Source: an uncultured Spirochaetota bacterium (GTDB taxonomy: Bacteria > Spirochaetota > Spirochaetia > SZUA-6 > Fen-1364). From it: a stretch of 64,000 bases of DNA. Location of the stretch: positions 256,001 through 320,000 of the forward strand of contig CAVTHO010000004.1 of NCBI GenBank assembly GCA_963734545.1, written 5' to 3'. This document shows positions 9,691-19,651 of the stretch, one piece after another. Made by a program: the position numbers and the translations under genes. A model generated the notes under the pieces. It was not told the DNA's origin and did no database searches. It saw only the letters and a list, made by a program, of their open reading frames with translations. Position 1 is the stretch's first letter, and each line of letters starts with the position of its first letter.

Positions 9691-10728
9691 ATGGACTTCA
9701 TCCTGAATCTCGTCGCGCAGTCGGTCAGGCAGGTCCTTCTCACTCTCCTGCACAACTGGCCCTTTCTTCTCGCCAGCATCCTGATCGCGGCCTTGATGCA
9801 GGTGTTCGTGGATGTGAAGAAGGTATCCGCTTTCCTCGGCCGGCACCGGCGCGCGGGGGTGGCGGCAGCCACGGCTGCCGCCGTTGCCACGCCTTTCTGC
9901 TCGTGCGGTACCACGGCCGTGGTGCTGGGCATGATGGCAAGCACCATGCCCTGGGCGCCGATCGTTGCCTTCATGGTGGCGTCCCCGCTGAGCTCTCCCG
10001 AGGGCATGGTGTACACCGCCGGCCTTTTCGGATGGCCTTTCGCGCTCACTTCCTTCCTGTTCTCGATTCTTCTCGGGCTATCCGGGGGATTCATTGCGGC
10101 GTCATTCGAGCGGCGCGGCTGGCTCGACCACCAGGCGCGCTTCGAGGCCGCCTGCGCATGCAGCCAGCCGTCCTTCCCGTCCTTCCCGGTCAGGGAGATC
10201 CCGGTGAGTGGAACCGCCGGGCTTCAACTCGCTGCCTGCTGCGCGGGCAGCGTGGCCGTGGAAACGGCAGCAACGCGGGTCACGGAGACCGTTCTCATCA
10301 AAACCCTCGCGCGCGTGTCAGGTCTGCCGAAGGAGATATGGAACATCGGCAAGAAGCTTCTTCCGATGTTCCTCGGGTTTGCCTTTATCGGCTATCTCTT
10401 GAATGGCCTCGTGCCGGCCGCCTGGGTCAATGCGCTGTTCGGCAGCGGCAACGTCTACGGCGTTCCTCTGGCAGCGACCCTTGGCCTGCCGCTGTACATC
10501 TCCGAAGGATCTCTGCCTCTGATCCGCGCCCTCATGGATTCCGGGATGAGCCAGGGGGCTGTCATGGCGTTCCTCATCGCAGGATCAGGCACGTCGATGG
10601 GAGCCATTGCCGGTGCCCTGACGATAGCCCGCTGGCGCGTTGTCGGGCTGGTCGTCGGTGTGCTCTGGATCGGGGCAATGTGCGCGGGCTTTGCCTATGA
10701 TACTCTCCTGGCTCTCAAGGTGTTCTGA
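9691..10728 (+). CDS. DUF318/ArsP-like permease
   Basis: TPFCSCGT, AFMVASPL, LGLPLYI, GAVMAFLIAG; Cys-rich central loop. Confidence 0.85.
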   Translation: MDFILNLVAQSVRQVLLTLLHNWPFLLASILIAALMQVFVDVKKVSAFLGRHRRAGVAAATAAAVATPFCSCGTTAVVLGMMASTMPWAPIVAFMVASPLSSPEGMVYTAGLFGWPFALTSFLFSILLGLSGGFIAASFERRGWLDHQARFEAACACSQPSFPSFPVREIPVSGTAGLQLAACCAGSVAVETAATRVTETVLIKTLARVSGLPKEIWNIGKKLLPMFLGFAFIGYLLNGLVPAAWVNALFGSGNVYGVPLAATLGLPLYISEGSLPLIRALMDSGMSQGAVMAFLIAGSGTSMGAIAGALTIARWRVVGLVVGVLWIGAMCAGFAYDTLLALKVF

Positions 10729-10785
10729 GGCGGCATCTGTGGCTGCCCGTGGCATTTCCGGGTGCCCCGTGATAAGCTGGCCGGC

Positions 10786-11199
10786 ATGTCAGCAAGAAGC
10801 GATACATCAGGCTCCCTTCTGTTCCTTCACATAGCGACGGCCGCGTATCTCATCCTGCTCGGCCTCGTCGGCATCATCAACTACAACTCCGACCTCAACA
10901 GGTTCGGCAGAGGGCTCGTGCAGGCCGTCGGAGGCAGGAACGACGTCCTGGGGATCATCATTTCGATTCTCAGCCTTCTTGCAGGCGTTGCACTGATCGC
11001 GGCGCTTTTCGCCCGGTTCGATTCGAGTATCGGACGGGCGGCCGGGCTTGCCGTGTTCGTATTCTGGGCCCTGCGGATCGTGTATGTCTGGTTCCGCAAG
11101 GACGTGTTCCAGCCGGACCTTCTCGTCTGGCTTGTGCAGATCGGTCCGGACATCGTGATCCTGGCGGCGCTCTGGCACATCGGCCGCAAGTATTCCTGA
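10786..11199 (+). CDS. Hypothetical membrane protein (about 4 TM)
   Basis: Four hydrophobic segments, co-oriented with neighbours. Confidence 0.65.
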   Translation: MSARSDTSGSLLFLHIATAAYLILLGLVGIINYNSDLNRFGRGLVQAVGGRNDVLGIIISILSLLAGVALIAALFARFDSSIGRAAGLAVFVFWALRIVYVWFRKDVFQPDLLVWLVQIGPDIVILAALWHIGRKYS

Positions 11200-11203
11200 C
11201 GGA

Positions 11204-12130
11204 TTGGCGCGGCTCGTTTCCTCCCGTAGAATCTGGAGCCGCGCGCCCCATAACGCCTTCACGGATCTCATCCGGTTCAGGGGCAGGTGGTACTGCGCGC
11301 TGCGCGAGTCGCGGAACCACGTGGGGCACATGGGCCGGGTGCGCATCATCGAATCCGCCGACGGCAGGGACTGGGTTTCCGCCGCGCTTTTCTCCGAACG
11401 CGGCGTGGACCTGAGGGACCCCAAGCTTTCCGTCGCGCCCGGGAACCGGCTCATGCTCCTGATGGGAGGCTCCCGGTACACCAAAGGGAAATACACGGGG
11501 AGGAATCCGAGAGTCGCCTTTTCCCGCGACGGCCGCACCTGGAGCGAGCCTCGGGGCATCCTCGCCGAGGGGGACTGGCTGTGGAGAGTGACATGGCAGG
11601 GAAGACAAGCCTTTGGCGTCACCTACAGGATCGTCGACAAGGACACGTGGACGGTCACGCTCGTGACGAGCGGAGACGGTCTTTCGTACCGCGAGGTGTG
11701 CAGCCTGCGCGTCCCGGGCAAGCCGAACGAAACGACCGTGCGATTCAGACGTGACGGCAGGGCAGTCGCCCTCGTCCGACGGGAAGGCGGCAGCAGGAAA
11801 GCCTGGATCGGCACCAGCCGGAAGCCCTACACGGCGTGGCAGTGGCGGTCAACGAGGCATCGGGTAGGCGGCCCGAACTTTCTCGTTCTGCCGAACGGTG
11901 ACATGTGGGCGGCGGGCCGCGCCTACCTGCCGGATGGTCCGCGCACCCTTGTTGCCCGGATGAACGACCGCCGGTATACACCGGTGCTCGCGCTGCCCAG
12001 CGCCGGTGACTGCAGCTATCCGGGCCTTGCCTGGCATCGCGGCCACCTATGGGTGAGCTACTACTCTTCCCACGAGGGGAAGACAGGCATCTATCTGGCA
12101 CGAATACGATTGGACGGGGAGGGACGGTGA
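11204..12130 (+). CDS. Sialidase/BNR-like beta-propeller protein
   Basis: HNAFTDL, Asp-box-like [22 protein letters not shown]; [15 protein letters not shown]. Confidence 0.75.
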   Translation: MARLVSSRRIWSRAPHNAFTDLIRFRGRWYCALRESRNHVGHMGRVRIIESADGRDWVSAALFSERGVDLRDPKLSVAPGNRLMLLMGGSRYTKGKYTGRNPRVAFSRDGRTWSEPRGILAEGDWLWRVTWQGRQAFGVTYRIVDKDTWTVTLVTSGDGLSYREVCSLRVPGKPNETTVRFRRDGRAVALVRREGGSRKAWIGTSRKPYTAWQWRSTRHRVGGPNFLVLPNGDMWAAGRAYLPDGPRTLVARMNDRRYTPVLALPSAGDCSYPGLAWHRGHLWVSYYSSHEGKTGIYLARIRLDGEGR

Positions 12131-12774
12131 AAGCACTTGTCGTGTGGGGAGGCTGGGAAGGGCACGAGCCGAGGCAGTGTGCCGAGCGCTTTGTTCCGTG
12201 GCTTCGGCAGCAGGGTTTCGAGGTGACGGTTTCCTCTTCCCTCGATTCGTATCTCGATAAGGCGCTGATGGGCTCGCTGCAGCTCATCGTGCCTGTCTGG
12301 ACAATGGGCACGATCACGGGCGATCAGGAGAAGGGCCTGCTGAAGGCGGTGGAGAGCGGCGTGGGCATTGCCGGCTGGCATGGGGGCATGGCGGACTCCT
12401 TTCGCGCCAGCACGGAGTACCAATACATGGTAGGCGGACAGTGGGTGGCGCATCCGGGCGGCATCATACCCTACCGCGTGCACGTGCTCGACCGCGCGGA
12501 CCCGATCACGCGGGGCGTCGCCGACTTCGACATGCTCTCCGAGCAATACTACATGCACGTGGATCCTTCGAACGAAGTGCTGGCCACGACGACGTTCGGC
12601 GGCGGCGTGCACCCCTGGATCGAGGGCACGGTCATGCCGGTGGCATGGAAGAGGACGTACGGAAAGGGGCGCGTATTCTACTGCTCGCTGGGACACGTGG
12701 CAAAGGATTTCGACGTTCCGGAAGCGATGACGCTGGTCCAGCGGGGTATGCTGTGGGCCTGCGGCGCGCTCTGA
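12127..12774 (+). CDS. ThuA-like domain protein
   Basis: [38 protein letters not shown]; GTG overlaps the upstream TGA. Confidence 0.85.
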   Translation: MKALVVWGGWEGHEPRQCAERFVPWLRQQGFEVTVSSSLDSYLDKALMGSLQLIVPVWTMGTITGDQEKGLLKAVESGVGIAGWHGGMADSFRASTEYQYMVGGQWVAHPGGIIPYRVHVLDRADPITRGVADFDMLSEQYYMHVDPSNEVLATTTFGGGVHPWIEGTVMPVAWKRTYGKGRVFYCSLGHVAKDFDVPEAMTLVQRGMLWACGAL

Positions 12775-12839
12775 GGGCCCGCGAGCCGCGGTCACGGTAC
12801 CCCGTGACATTCGCCCAGGCCTGAGAGCGGCACCCGCTC

Positions 12840-13781
12840 TCAGGGGTAGAAGAGGAAGATGTTGCCCACGTCCGGGACGTGTCGCATCGCCTCAGAGGAA
12901 AGACGCGTGAGCTCCTCCGCAACCGCGGGCTCGATGCTGCCGTTGGCGGCCGCGACATTGCTTTCGATCTGCTCGACCCTTCGGGCTCCCACCAGGGAGG
13001 AGACGATGCCGGGCCTGCCGAGCACCCAGCGGATCGCCAGTGTGCTCAGGGATGTCGAGCTTTTTCGAGCCACTTCCCGCATGGCGGCAGCCGCGTCCCG
13101 CACGAACGGCCATACATCGGGTCGATAGTAGAGGGTTGTTCCCCTGGCATCGCCCTTCTCGAACGAATCCGGGCTCCGGGGCGTGTCGGAGAGGAGGCCC
13201 TGCGCAATGGAGCTGAACGTGACCACCGCAATGCCATGTGCGATACAGTAGGGAATGATGTCCCGTTCGGGGTAGCGCCACAACAGGTTATAGCAGAGCT
13301 GGTGTGCGTCGATCCGCCCGGCCTCGGACGCCATGTCCATGTCCTTGACGCTGAAGTTGCTGACGCCGATGAGCCGGATCCTGCCCTGCGTGCGCAGGAG
13401 CTCGAGGCCTTCCATCATGGGACGGATGTCGAAACCGGTTTTCGGCCAGTGGACGTAGAAAAGGTCGATCCACTGCCTTTTCATCCGTGCAAGCGACTGC
13501 TCCACTCCCGCGATCGTCTCCCGCTTGCCCGCCGCGTGCATCTTCGTGGAGACGAAAGCTCTTTCTGAAAAGGGCTCGATGCCCCGGCCCAGGACCTCTT
13601 CCGAATGACCCATTCCGTAGTCGTGAGCGGTATCGAAATGCCGCATTCCCCTGCGATACGCCTCCCGTATCAGCGCGACCGACATGTCATCCGCAGGGGT
13701 TCCGCTCCCCATGTCGCCGAACTGCCAGCATCCCAGGCCTACACCTTTCGGAATAAGCTCCGTGACGGAACGCGCGCCCAT
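12840..13781 (-). CDS. Aldo/keto reductase
   Basis: GLGCWQFG, FDTAHDYG, IDLFYVHWP, IGVSNF motifs. Confidence 0.9.
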   Translation of the reverse strand: MGARSVTELIPKGVGLGCWQFGDMGSGTPADDMSVALIREAYRRGMRHFDTAHDYGMGHSEEVLGRGIEPFSERAFVSTKMHAAGKRETIAGVEQSLARMKRQWIDLFYVHWPKTGFDIRPMMEGLELLRTQGRIRLIGVSNFSVKDMDMASEAGRIDAHQLCYNLLWRYPERDIIPYCIAHGIAVVTFSSIAQGLLSDTPRSPDSFEKGDARGTTLYYRPDVWPFVRDAAAAMREVARKSSTSLSTLAIRWVLGRPGIVSSLVGARRVEQIESNVAAANGSIEPAVAEELTRLSSEAMRHVPDVGNIFLFYP

Positions 13782-14236
13782 CAATCGTTCTCGAGGAGCT
13801 CGATGATGACTTTCAGGTCCCGGTTCGCGTCCACGTATGCGTAGCGGCCGCCGGTGTATTCCCCCGTCTGCAGGAGCGGCATGTCCGCCGCCTTCAGCTC
13901 GGCGATTTTCTCCTTCATGCCCTTGATCACGAAGGCGATGTGGTGGACTCCTTCTCCCTTGCGGTCGAGGTCCTCCCTCCAGGTGCTCGGCCCCTTGTCC
14001 GGTTCGATCAGCTCGATATCCAGGGTGGGCCCGACCTTGAAAAACGCGAGCTTGGACCGTGCCTTTGTCGGAGCGCCCTTGTAGCGCGCCTGGGACTTGT
14101 CCAGCTCGTCCGTGATCTGGATGGGAGGCTTTTCCACCCCCAGAAAGTCCGCGTACACCTGCGCCGTCTTCTCGATATCGTGCACGAGAATCCCCACCTG
14201 CGTGACCACGTTCGTGCCGAGGATTTTCTTCTTCAT
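13781..14236 (-). CDS. VOC/glyoxalase family protein (methylmalonyl-CoA epimerase-like)
   Basis: QVGILVHDIE, IELIEP, GEGVHHIAF, IELLE. Confidence 0.88.
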   Translation of the reverse strand: MKKKILGTNVVTQVGILVHDIEKTAQVYADFLGVEKPPIQITDELDKSQARYKGAPTKARSKLAFFKVGPTLDIELIEPDKGPSTWREDLDRKGEGVHHIAFVIKGMKEKIAELKAADMPLLQTGEYTGGRYAYVDANRDLKVIIELLEND

Positions 14237-14268
14237 TCTCCGCGCCTCCTTTGTGTGTGCACTCTGCC

Positions 14269-15144
14269 TTATTGGCGATAGCCGAAACGCTTCTCCAGCC
14301 CCAGGAGCATGGCAATCAGGAAAAGGGCAATGATGAGGAGTATCCAGGCCATCGCGGACGCAAGCCCCATTTTGAAATACTGAAACGCGTTCTGATAGAG
14401 ATACAGCGAATAGAACAGGGTCGACTGGTTGGGCCCGCCGGACGTGATGATGAATGACTCCGCAAAGGATTGAAAAATGCCTATGACGTACGTGATGACA
14501 TTGAAGAGGATCACCGGGGAAATCATGGGGATGGTGATCCGGAAAGTCCGGTGCAGGAAGTTTGCGCCGTCAATTGCCGCGACCTCGTACAGGGACTGCG
14601 GGATGTCCTGGAGTGCGGCGAGGTAGATGATTACCGCGCCCCCCGATATCCAGAGAAAGATCATGATGAACGCCGGCTTTGCCAGGTACGGATCCGCGAG
14701 CCAGCCGGGTCCCTTGACGTGGATGTAGGACAGAAAGGTGTTGATCAGGCCGGTCTGCGGCTGCAGCATCCAGATCCAGAGAATGCAGAGAATGACGAGC
14801 GGGACGAGCGTCGGCACGAAGAAGATGATGCGGAATACCGAAAGGCCCTTGATCCTCTTGTTGCTGAGGATGAGGGCAAGGGTGAGGGTGGCGATCGTGA
14901 TCACGATGGTGCCGACGACGACCATGTACAGGGTGTTGAGCAGCGAGGTGCGGAAGACCATATCGGTGGTCAGGAGGTCGATGTAGTTGCCCAGCCCTAT
15001 GAATTTCGGCGGATCCACCACGTTGTAGCGGGTGAGGGAATAGAAGAGGGAGCTGAAGATCGGATACGCCGTGAAGACAAGGAATCCGACGATCCACGGA
15101 GAGATGAAAAGCAGCCCGTTTCTTTGATCCTTTGAACCGATCAT
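14269..15144 (-). CDS. Carbohydrate ABC transporter permease (CUT1)
   Basis: FIGLGNY, LYEVAAIDGA EAA loop, ITSGGP. Confidence 0.92.
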   Translation of the reverse strand: MIGSKDQRNGLLFISPWIVGFLVFTAYPIFSSLFYSLTRYNVVDPPKFIGLGNYIDLLTTDMVFRTSLLNTLYMVVVGTIVITIATLTLALILSNKRIKGLSVFRIIFFVPTLVPLVILCILWIWMLQPQTGLINTFLSYIHVKGPGWLADPYLAKPAFIMIFLWISGGAVIIYLAALQDIPQSLYEVAAIDGANFLHRTFRITIPMISPVILFNVITYVIGIFQSFAESFIITSGGPNQSTLFYSLYLYQNAFQYFKMGLASAMAWILLIIALFLIAMLLGLEKRFGYRQ

Positions 15145-15148
15145 CGGG

Positions 15149-16000
15149 CTATCCCTTTATTCCCGTCATTGCGATCCCCTGGATGAAGTATTTCTGCAGC
15201 ACGAAGAAAATGATCAGCACGGGGAAGGTCATCATCACGCCGAGGGTGAGAAGCATGTCCCATTTCGGATCCAGGTTGTGCATGATCTGCTGCGCTCCGA
15301 GTGAGAGCGTGTACAGCTTGTTGTCCGAGAGGAAGATCAGCGGGCCGATGAAGTCATTCCAGGTTTTCAGGAAGGAGAAGATGATCACCGTGGTGATTGC
15401 CGGTGTCGACAGCGGAATAATGACGCGCCGATAGATCATGAAATCTCCCGCCCCGTCCATTTTTGCCGCATAGGAGAGCTCGTTCGGTATCGACATGTAG
15501 AACTGGCGCAGAAGGAAGATGAAGAAGGCGTTCCCGAAGAAGGCCGGCACGATCAGGGGCAGGAGGGTTCCGATCCAATGAAGCTGGTGGAACAGGATGA
15601 AAAGAGGAATCATGACAACCTGGAAGGGCAGGATCAACGTGGCCAGAACGACATAGAAGAGCGCTTCCCGGCCTTTCCAATCGATCTTGGCGAACCCGTA
15701 TGCAATGAGCGTGTTGGAAAGGACTGAGCCGATCACGTTGAAGACCACCAGGACCATGGTATTGCGAAAGTCCTGCAGAAAGGGAAACTCGTTGAAAATA
15801 CGGACGTAGTTGTGCCACTGGGCTTTCTTGGGAAGCCACTGCATGGGAACGACGAAAAGCTCGGCAGGGACTTTCAACGAGCTCAGGGTCATCCACACGA
15901 AGGGAACAATGAAGACGAGGGCAAGCACGGCGAGAATAATAGTCGAAATGGCGATTTCGCCCGGCGCAAGATAAACAGCTTCTTTCGCTTTCCGTGGCAT
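15149..16000 (-). CDS. Carbohydrate ABC transporter permease (CUT1)
   Basis: FLLRQFY..AAKMDGAG EAA motif, WNDFIGPL, QKYFIQG. Confidence 0.92.
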   Translation of the reverse strand: MPRKAKEAVYLAPGEIAISTIILAVLALVFIVPFVWMTLSSLKVPAELFVVPMQWLPKKAQWHNYVRIFNEFPFLQDFRNTMVLVVFNVIGSVLSNTLIAYGFAKIDWKGREALFYVVLATLILPFQVVMIPLFILFHQLHWIGTLLPLIVPAFFGNAFFIFLLRQFYMSIPNELSYAAKMDGAGDFMIYRRVIIPLSTPAITTVIIFSFLKTWNDFIGPLIFLSDNKLYTLSLGAQQIMHNLDPKWDMLLTLGVMMTFPVLIIFFVLQKYFIQGIAMTGIKG

Positions 16001-16152
16001 CAGACAGCTCCCCTACCCAGTGTAGCCCACGAGCCCTACCTTAAGCGATCCCTCTCCTGCATGAGCAAAGCGACTGTAATAAACCGGATGCCCGGCCCGC
16101 GCGGGGGCGGACCCGGGCATCCGAAATGATCGGGGGCGCATCCGCGCCCGGG

Positions 16153-16180
16153 AAAAAATGAGGGCGTTCGCGCGCCCTCA
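16153..16180 (-). terminator. Intrinsic terminator/stabilising hairpin after the solute-binding protein gene
   Basis: Minus strand TGAGGGCG-loop-CGCCCTCA followed by TTTTTT. Confidence 0.7.
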
Positions 16181-16200
16181 AGAAAGGGCAGTTTCCGCGC

Positions 16201-17514
16201 TTACTGCGCGAGCTGCTTCTCGAACTTGGCCTGAAGGGCCTGCAGCAGGGGCAACGGATCCTTGTTGTTGTAGATCACGTCGTCACGCATTGCGTTCAGG
16301 TCGTCTCCGAGCTGGGCCGCCACCTTGGTCAGCGCCGCATGACCCGAATTGGGAGAGTTCGCCAGCTCCCTTTCGATCTTGTAGATAGGGTCGTTCTTCA
16401 AAGTCCAGCTCACTTCGTCGAACTGCTTGTTGTTCGTGGGGATCGAGCGCCAGATGTCGAAGTTGTTCGCGCTGATCGGCGTGGTGATGACGAAATTGTA
16501 GAACCTGTACGCGAGATCAGGCCGCTTGGCGCCCTTGGGGAGCAGGAACACGTTGGACTGGAAGATCGTGCCCCCTGCCCTTCCGCCTGCCGGGGTCGGG
16601 ACCTTTGCCACCGCGTATTCGATGTTCGGGGCGTAGATGCGCAGCGCGTTCGTGAACCAGTTGCCCACCACGGTCATCGCGACCTTGCCGGTCATGAAGG
16701 GGTGATCCGGAGAGAACAGCGCGCCGAACCCCGAGGTGAATCCCTTCATCTCGGTGGGGCTCTTCTTCTGCGCGTACTTGTTCATCCACCTGTACACGTC
16801 AACGAGCGGCTTTTCCGTCAGGTACAGCTTCTTGGTGCTCGTGTCGAAGATCTTGGCGCCGAACATCCAGCCCCAGTAGAAAGGATTGTCGTTGCCGTAG
16901 TCCATCCAGGGAATGTAGCCGAACCGGTCGATGCTGCTCGCGCTGAACTTGTCGAGCTTGGCGGCCAGGGCGTCGAGCTCCTCGAGGGTCTTGGGCGGCT
17001 TGGTCACGTCGAGACCGGCGTCCTTGAAGACCTTCACGTTCATGTAGAGCAGGATGACATTCGAGTCCTGGGGCAGCAGGTACGTCTTGCCGTCGATCTG
17101 CGTGACCTCTTTCATCCCGGGGAACATGTCGGCGATCTTCAGGGTGATCTTGCTCATGTCCCAGGGAAAGGCCGTGCCGTTGGCCGCGAATGAATACGCC
17201 GCGCTGGCATTGTCCGAAAGCGCGATGTCGGGAGCATCACCTCCGGCAATCGCTGCCAGGAGCTTGCCCGTGTTGACGCCGCCGGCAGGGGTGGCGACAA
17301 GGTTGACCTTGACGCCGGGATTGGCCTTCTCGAACTCCCCGACGCGCCACTGGTCCCATTTCAGGGAATCACCCCCGAACGGGGACCAGTACACGAGCGT
17401 TCCCGGTCCCGAGGCGGACGCCTGCTCGGACCCGCCCGCCGCGAGAACGGGGAATGCGAACGCTGCCATCATCAGCGTCGCGACAAGAACCGTAGCCCAT
17501 GATCTTCTGTTCAT
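16201..17514 (-). CDS. Carbohydrate ABC transporter solute-binding protein (SBP family 1)
   Basis: Signal peptide, FEKANPGVKV, PDIA, FMTGKVAM; AGGAGG RBS. Confidence 0.92.
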   Translation of the reverse strand: MNRRSWATVLVATLMMAAFAFPVLAAGGSEQASASGPGTLVYWSPFGGDSLKWDQWRVGEFEKANPGVKVNLVATPAGGVNTGKLLAAIAGGDAPDIALSDNASAAYSFAANGTAFPWDMSKITLKIADMFPGMKEVTQIDGKTYLLPQDSNVILLYMNVKVFKDAGLDVTKPPKTLEELDALAAKLDKFSASSIDRFGYIPWMDYGNDNPFYWGWMFGAKIFDTSTKKLYLTEKPLVDVYRWMNKYAQKKSPTEMKGFTSGFGALFSPDHPFMTGKVAMTVVGNWFTNALRIYAPNIEYAVAKVPTPAGGRAGGTIFQSNVFLLPKGAKRPDLAYRFYNFVITTPISANNFDIWRSIPTNNKQFDEVSWTLKNDPIYKIERELANSPNSGHAALTKVAAQLGDDLNAMRDDVIYNNKDPLPLLQALQAKFEKQLAQ

Positions 17515-17539
17515 TTTCGCCTCCTCCTACAGTTGATTG

Positions 17540-17647
17540 CGGGCTCGCTTTCGTCCATCCGTGGACTCGCTCGCCCTCGCCATCCATGTCTACGGGCTCG
17601 CTTTCGTCCATCCGTGGACTCGCTCGCCCTCGCCATCCATGTCTACG
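17540..17647. repeat. Perfect tandem duplication of a 53-nt REP-like unit
   Basis: CGGGCTCGCTTTCGTCCATCCGTGGACTCGCTCGCCCTCGCCATCCATGTCTA starts at 17540 and 17593. Confidence 0.9.
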
Positions 17648-18089
17648 AATCGTGCTTCACGTTCAGCAGAACCCCCAGCTTCTGTGCGCTCTCCACAAAC
17701 ACGTAGCGGCCCCCGGGATAGTCGCCGCTGTGCCTTTCCGGGATGCCTTTCTTGCCCAGGAACTCGAGAGTGGCCGGCAGATCATCCACCATGAAGCCGA
17801 TGTGGTGGACGCCCTCCCCCTTGGTATCGAGAAACTCCTTCCACGAGCTCGGCTCTCCATCGGGCTCCGTGAGCTCGAGCACGAGCGCGCCCAGATCGAA
17901 AACCGCCAGCTTGGCGCGCGTCTTTGTCGGCTTGCCTCGAAACCTCGTGTGGGCTTCTTCGACGGGAGGGATCTGGAATATTTTGGGCATCGGCAGACCG
18001 AAGATCTCGCAGAAGCTTTTCGCCGTTTTTTCAATGTCACGCACTACTAATGCAACCTGGCAGATCCGCTTCGCATCAATCGGTGGCAT
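17643..18089 (-). CDS. VOC/glyoxalase family protein (paralogue of 13781-14236)
   Basis: QVALVVRDIE, LELTEP, GEGVHHIGF, YPGGRY. Confidence 0.88.
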   Translation of the reverse strand: MPPIDAKRICQVALVVRDIEKTAKSFCEIFGLPMPKIFQIPPVEEAHTRFRGKPTKTRAKLAVFDLGALVLELTEPDGEPSSWKEFLDTKGEGVHHIGFMVDDLPATLEFLGKKGIPERHSGDYPGGRYVFVESAQKLGVLLNVKHDS

Positions 18090-18448
18090 GTGCAGCTCCC
18101 CTCTGAAACTCCGTTTACCTACACGATAAACTACACGGCACATGCGACTGAGTCAAGATAAGAATTCAGGAATGAGCGAAAAAAGGCAAAAGAGCCCGCA
18201 CAGGTATTTTGTATTTTATTTGCTTATGATTAAAATAAGTTATCGACTTTGGCCAGTGCATGTGTAGTAGATTCAGTCCATTATTCGGTCTTTCCGAAGG
18301 AGGCTTGTTTGTACCGCTCAAGCACTGCATCACGGTAACGAAAACGTCATTCGTCATGAGATACTCACGGGTCTCCTTGCGGCCTCCAGCGCGATTTGGC
18401 GAAAAACAGCAGAATTCCCTGAATCCAGGCAAACCGACTTCCCTGTTC

Positions 18449-18497
18449 TTGACTTGCGAACCAGGGACGAGTATGATCGTGTACGTTACCGTTACAG
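18449..18497 (+). promoter_or_regulatory. Sigma-70 promoter of the LacI gene with an adjacent candidate operator
   Basis: TTGACT-N17-TATGAT at 18449-18477; CGTTACCGTTAC downstream, with an inverted partial copy ACGGTAACG near 18332. Confidence 0.55.
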
Positions 18498-18663
18498 GAC
18501 ACGGCAAGGGTGTCTGGAAGCCCCTCGGGATTCCGTCTGCGGCATCGAGGTCAGGATTGACAGCAGTTGCCTGGAAACGGATACTTGCGCCGACGCGAGA
18601 GGGACCGGACCGCCAGGAAGCGCGGAGGATGCGGCTGCTCGCGAGCGGCAAGGAGCTGGTTCC

Positions 18664-19650
18664 TTGAAGGTGACGATAAAAGAAATAGCTGCCATCTGCG
18701 GATTTTCCATCGGCACCGTCGACCGCGCGATGCACAACAGAAAAGGCATCAATCCGAAGTCGCGTGAACGGGTGCTGTCGGTCGCGCAGCAGCTCGGGTA
18801 CCGCCCGCACCTGCTGGCGCGAAGCCTTGTGACCGGCTTCACCATGACCATCGGCGCGGTCGTCCCCAACCTCAAGAATCCCTTCTTCTCGGAGCTGGTG
18901 GAGGTGATCCAGAAGAAAGCGCGGACTGCGGGTTACCACGTGTACATGATGCTGAGCGAGTTCGATCCGCAGGAGGAGATCGCTTCGCTGGACCGGCTGC
19001 GGGCGCTGAACGTCGACGGCATCGTCATCATGCCGGTGAATCGCGGCCGCTCGTTCCAGGCCTACCTGAAGAGTCTCGCGACCCCCCTCGTCACCATCGC
19101 GAACAGGGTGTCGAAGCAGTGGACGTGGGTCGGGATCGACGACCGCGCGGCGGTTCGGGACGCCGCCCGCTACGTGATCTCCAAGGGGTACGCGCGCATC
19201 ATTTTCGTGACGCAGCAGCAGGATCCACGGTCTCTGCAGACCCTCTACTGCGACGACCAGCGCATCCTGGGCTACAAGGAAGCGCTCCACGAAGCGGGCA
19301 GCGCCTATGCTCCCTGCGTGCTGACGGACGAGACGATGATGCGCATGATAGAGGAAACGCGCCTGGCGGGCTGGGAGCGCACCTGCATTCTGGCTTCGTG
19401 CGACGCGGTGGCCCTGGAGGTCATGTCCCTTCTGAAGGCGAACGGAATCGCCATTCCGGACACGGTCGGCCTGATGGGATTCGACAACCTTGACGAGCTG
19501 AAGTACATCACCCCGCGGCTGACGACCGTCGCGAGCCCGATCCAGAAGATCGGCGAACAGGCGTTCGACTACCTGCTGCAGACCATCAACGGCACGTGCA
19601 TCGACTCCCGCGTCCTGGAGCACCGGATCATCGAGGGGGAGACGGTCTGA
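18664..19650 (+). CDS. LacI-family transcriptional regulator
   Basis: VTIKEIAAICGFSIGTVDRAM HTH, LGYRPH..ARSL, MGFDN, PRLTTV; start TTG 18664 or GTG 18670. Confidence 0.92.
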   Translation: MKVTIKEIAAICGFSIGTVDRAMHNRKGINPKSRERVLSVAQQLGYRPHLLARSLVTGFTMTIGAVVPNLKNPFFSELVEVIQKKARTAGYHVYMMLSEFDPQEEIASLDRLRALNVDGIVIMPVNRGRSFQAYLKSLATPLVTIANRVSKQWTWVGIDDRAAVRDAARYVISKGYARIIFVTQQQDPRSLQTLYCDDQRILGYKEALHEAGSAYAPCVLTDETMMRMIEETRLAGWERTCILASCDAVALEVMSLLKANGIAIPDTVGLMGFDNLDELKYITPRLTTVASPIQKIGEQAFDYLLQTINGTCIDSRVLEHRIIEGETV

Positions 19651-19651
19651 T

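Noticed and set aside
17540-17647. Possible CRISPR array (also the repeats at 33983-34103, 48776-48869 and 53052-53112)
   Set aside because: Units are contiguous or irregularly spaced with no unique spacers, and there are no cas genes in the window
18170-18260. AT-rich patch as a mobile-element boundary or replication origin
   Set aside because: No terminal repeats, integrase or DnaA-box cluster; better explained as a divergent promoter region
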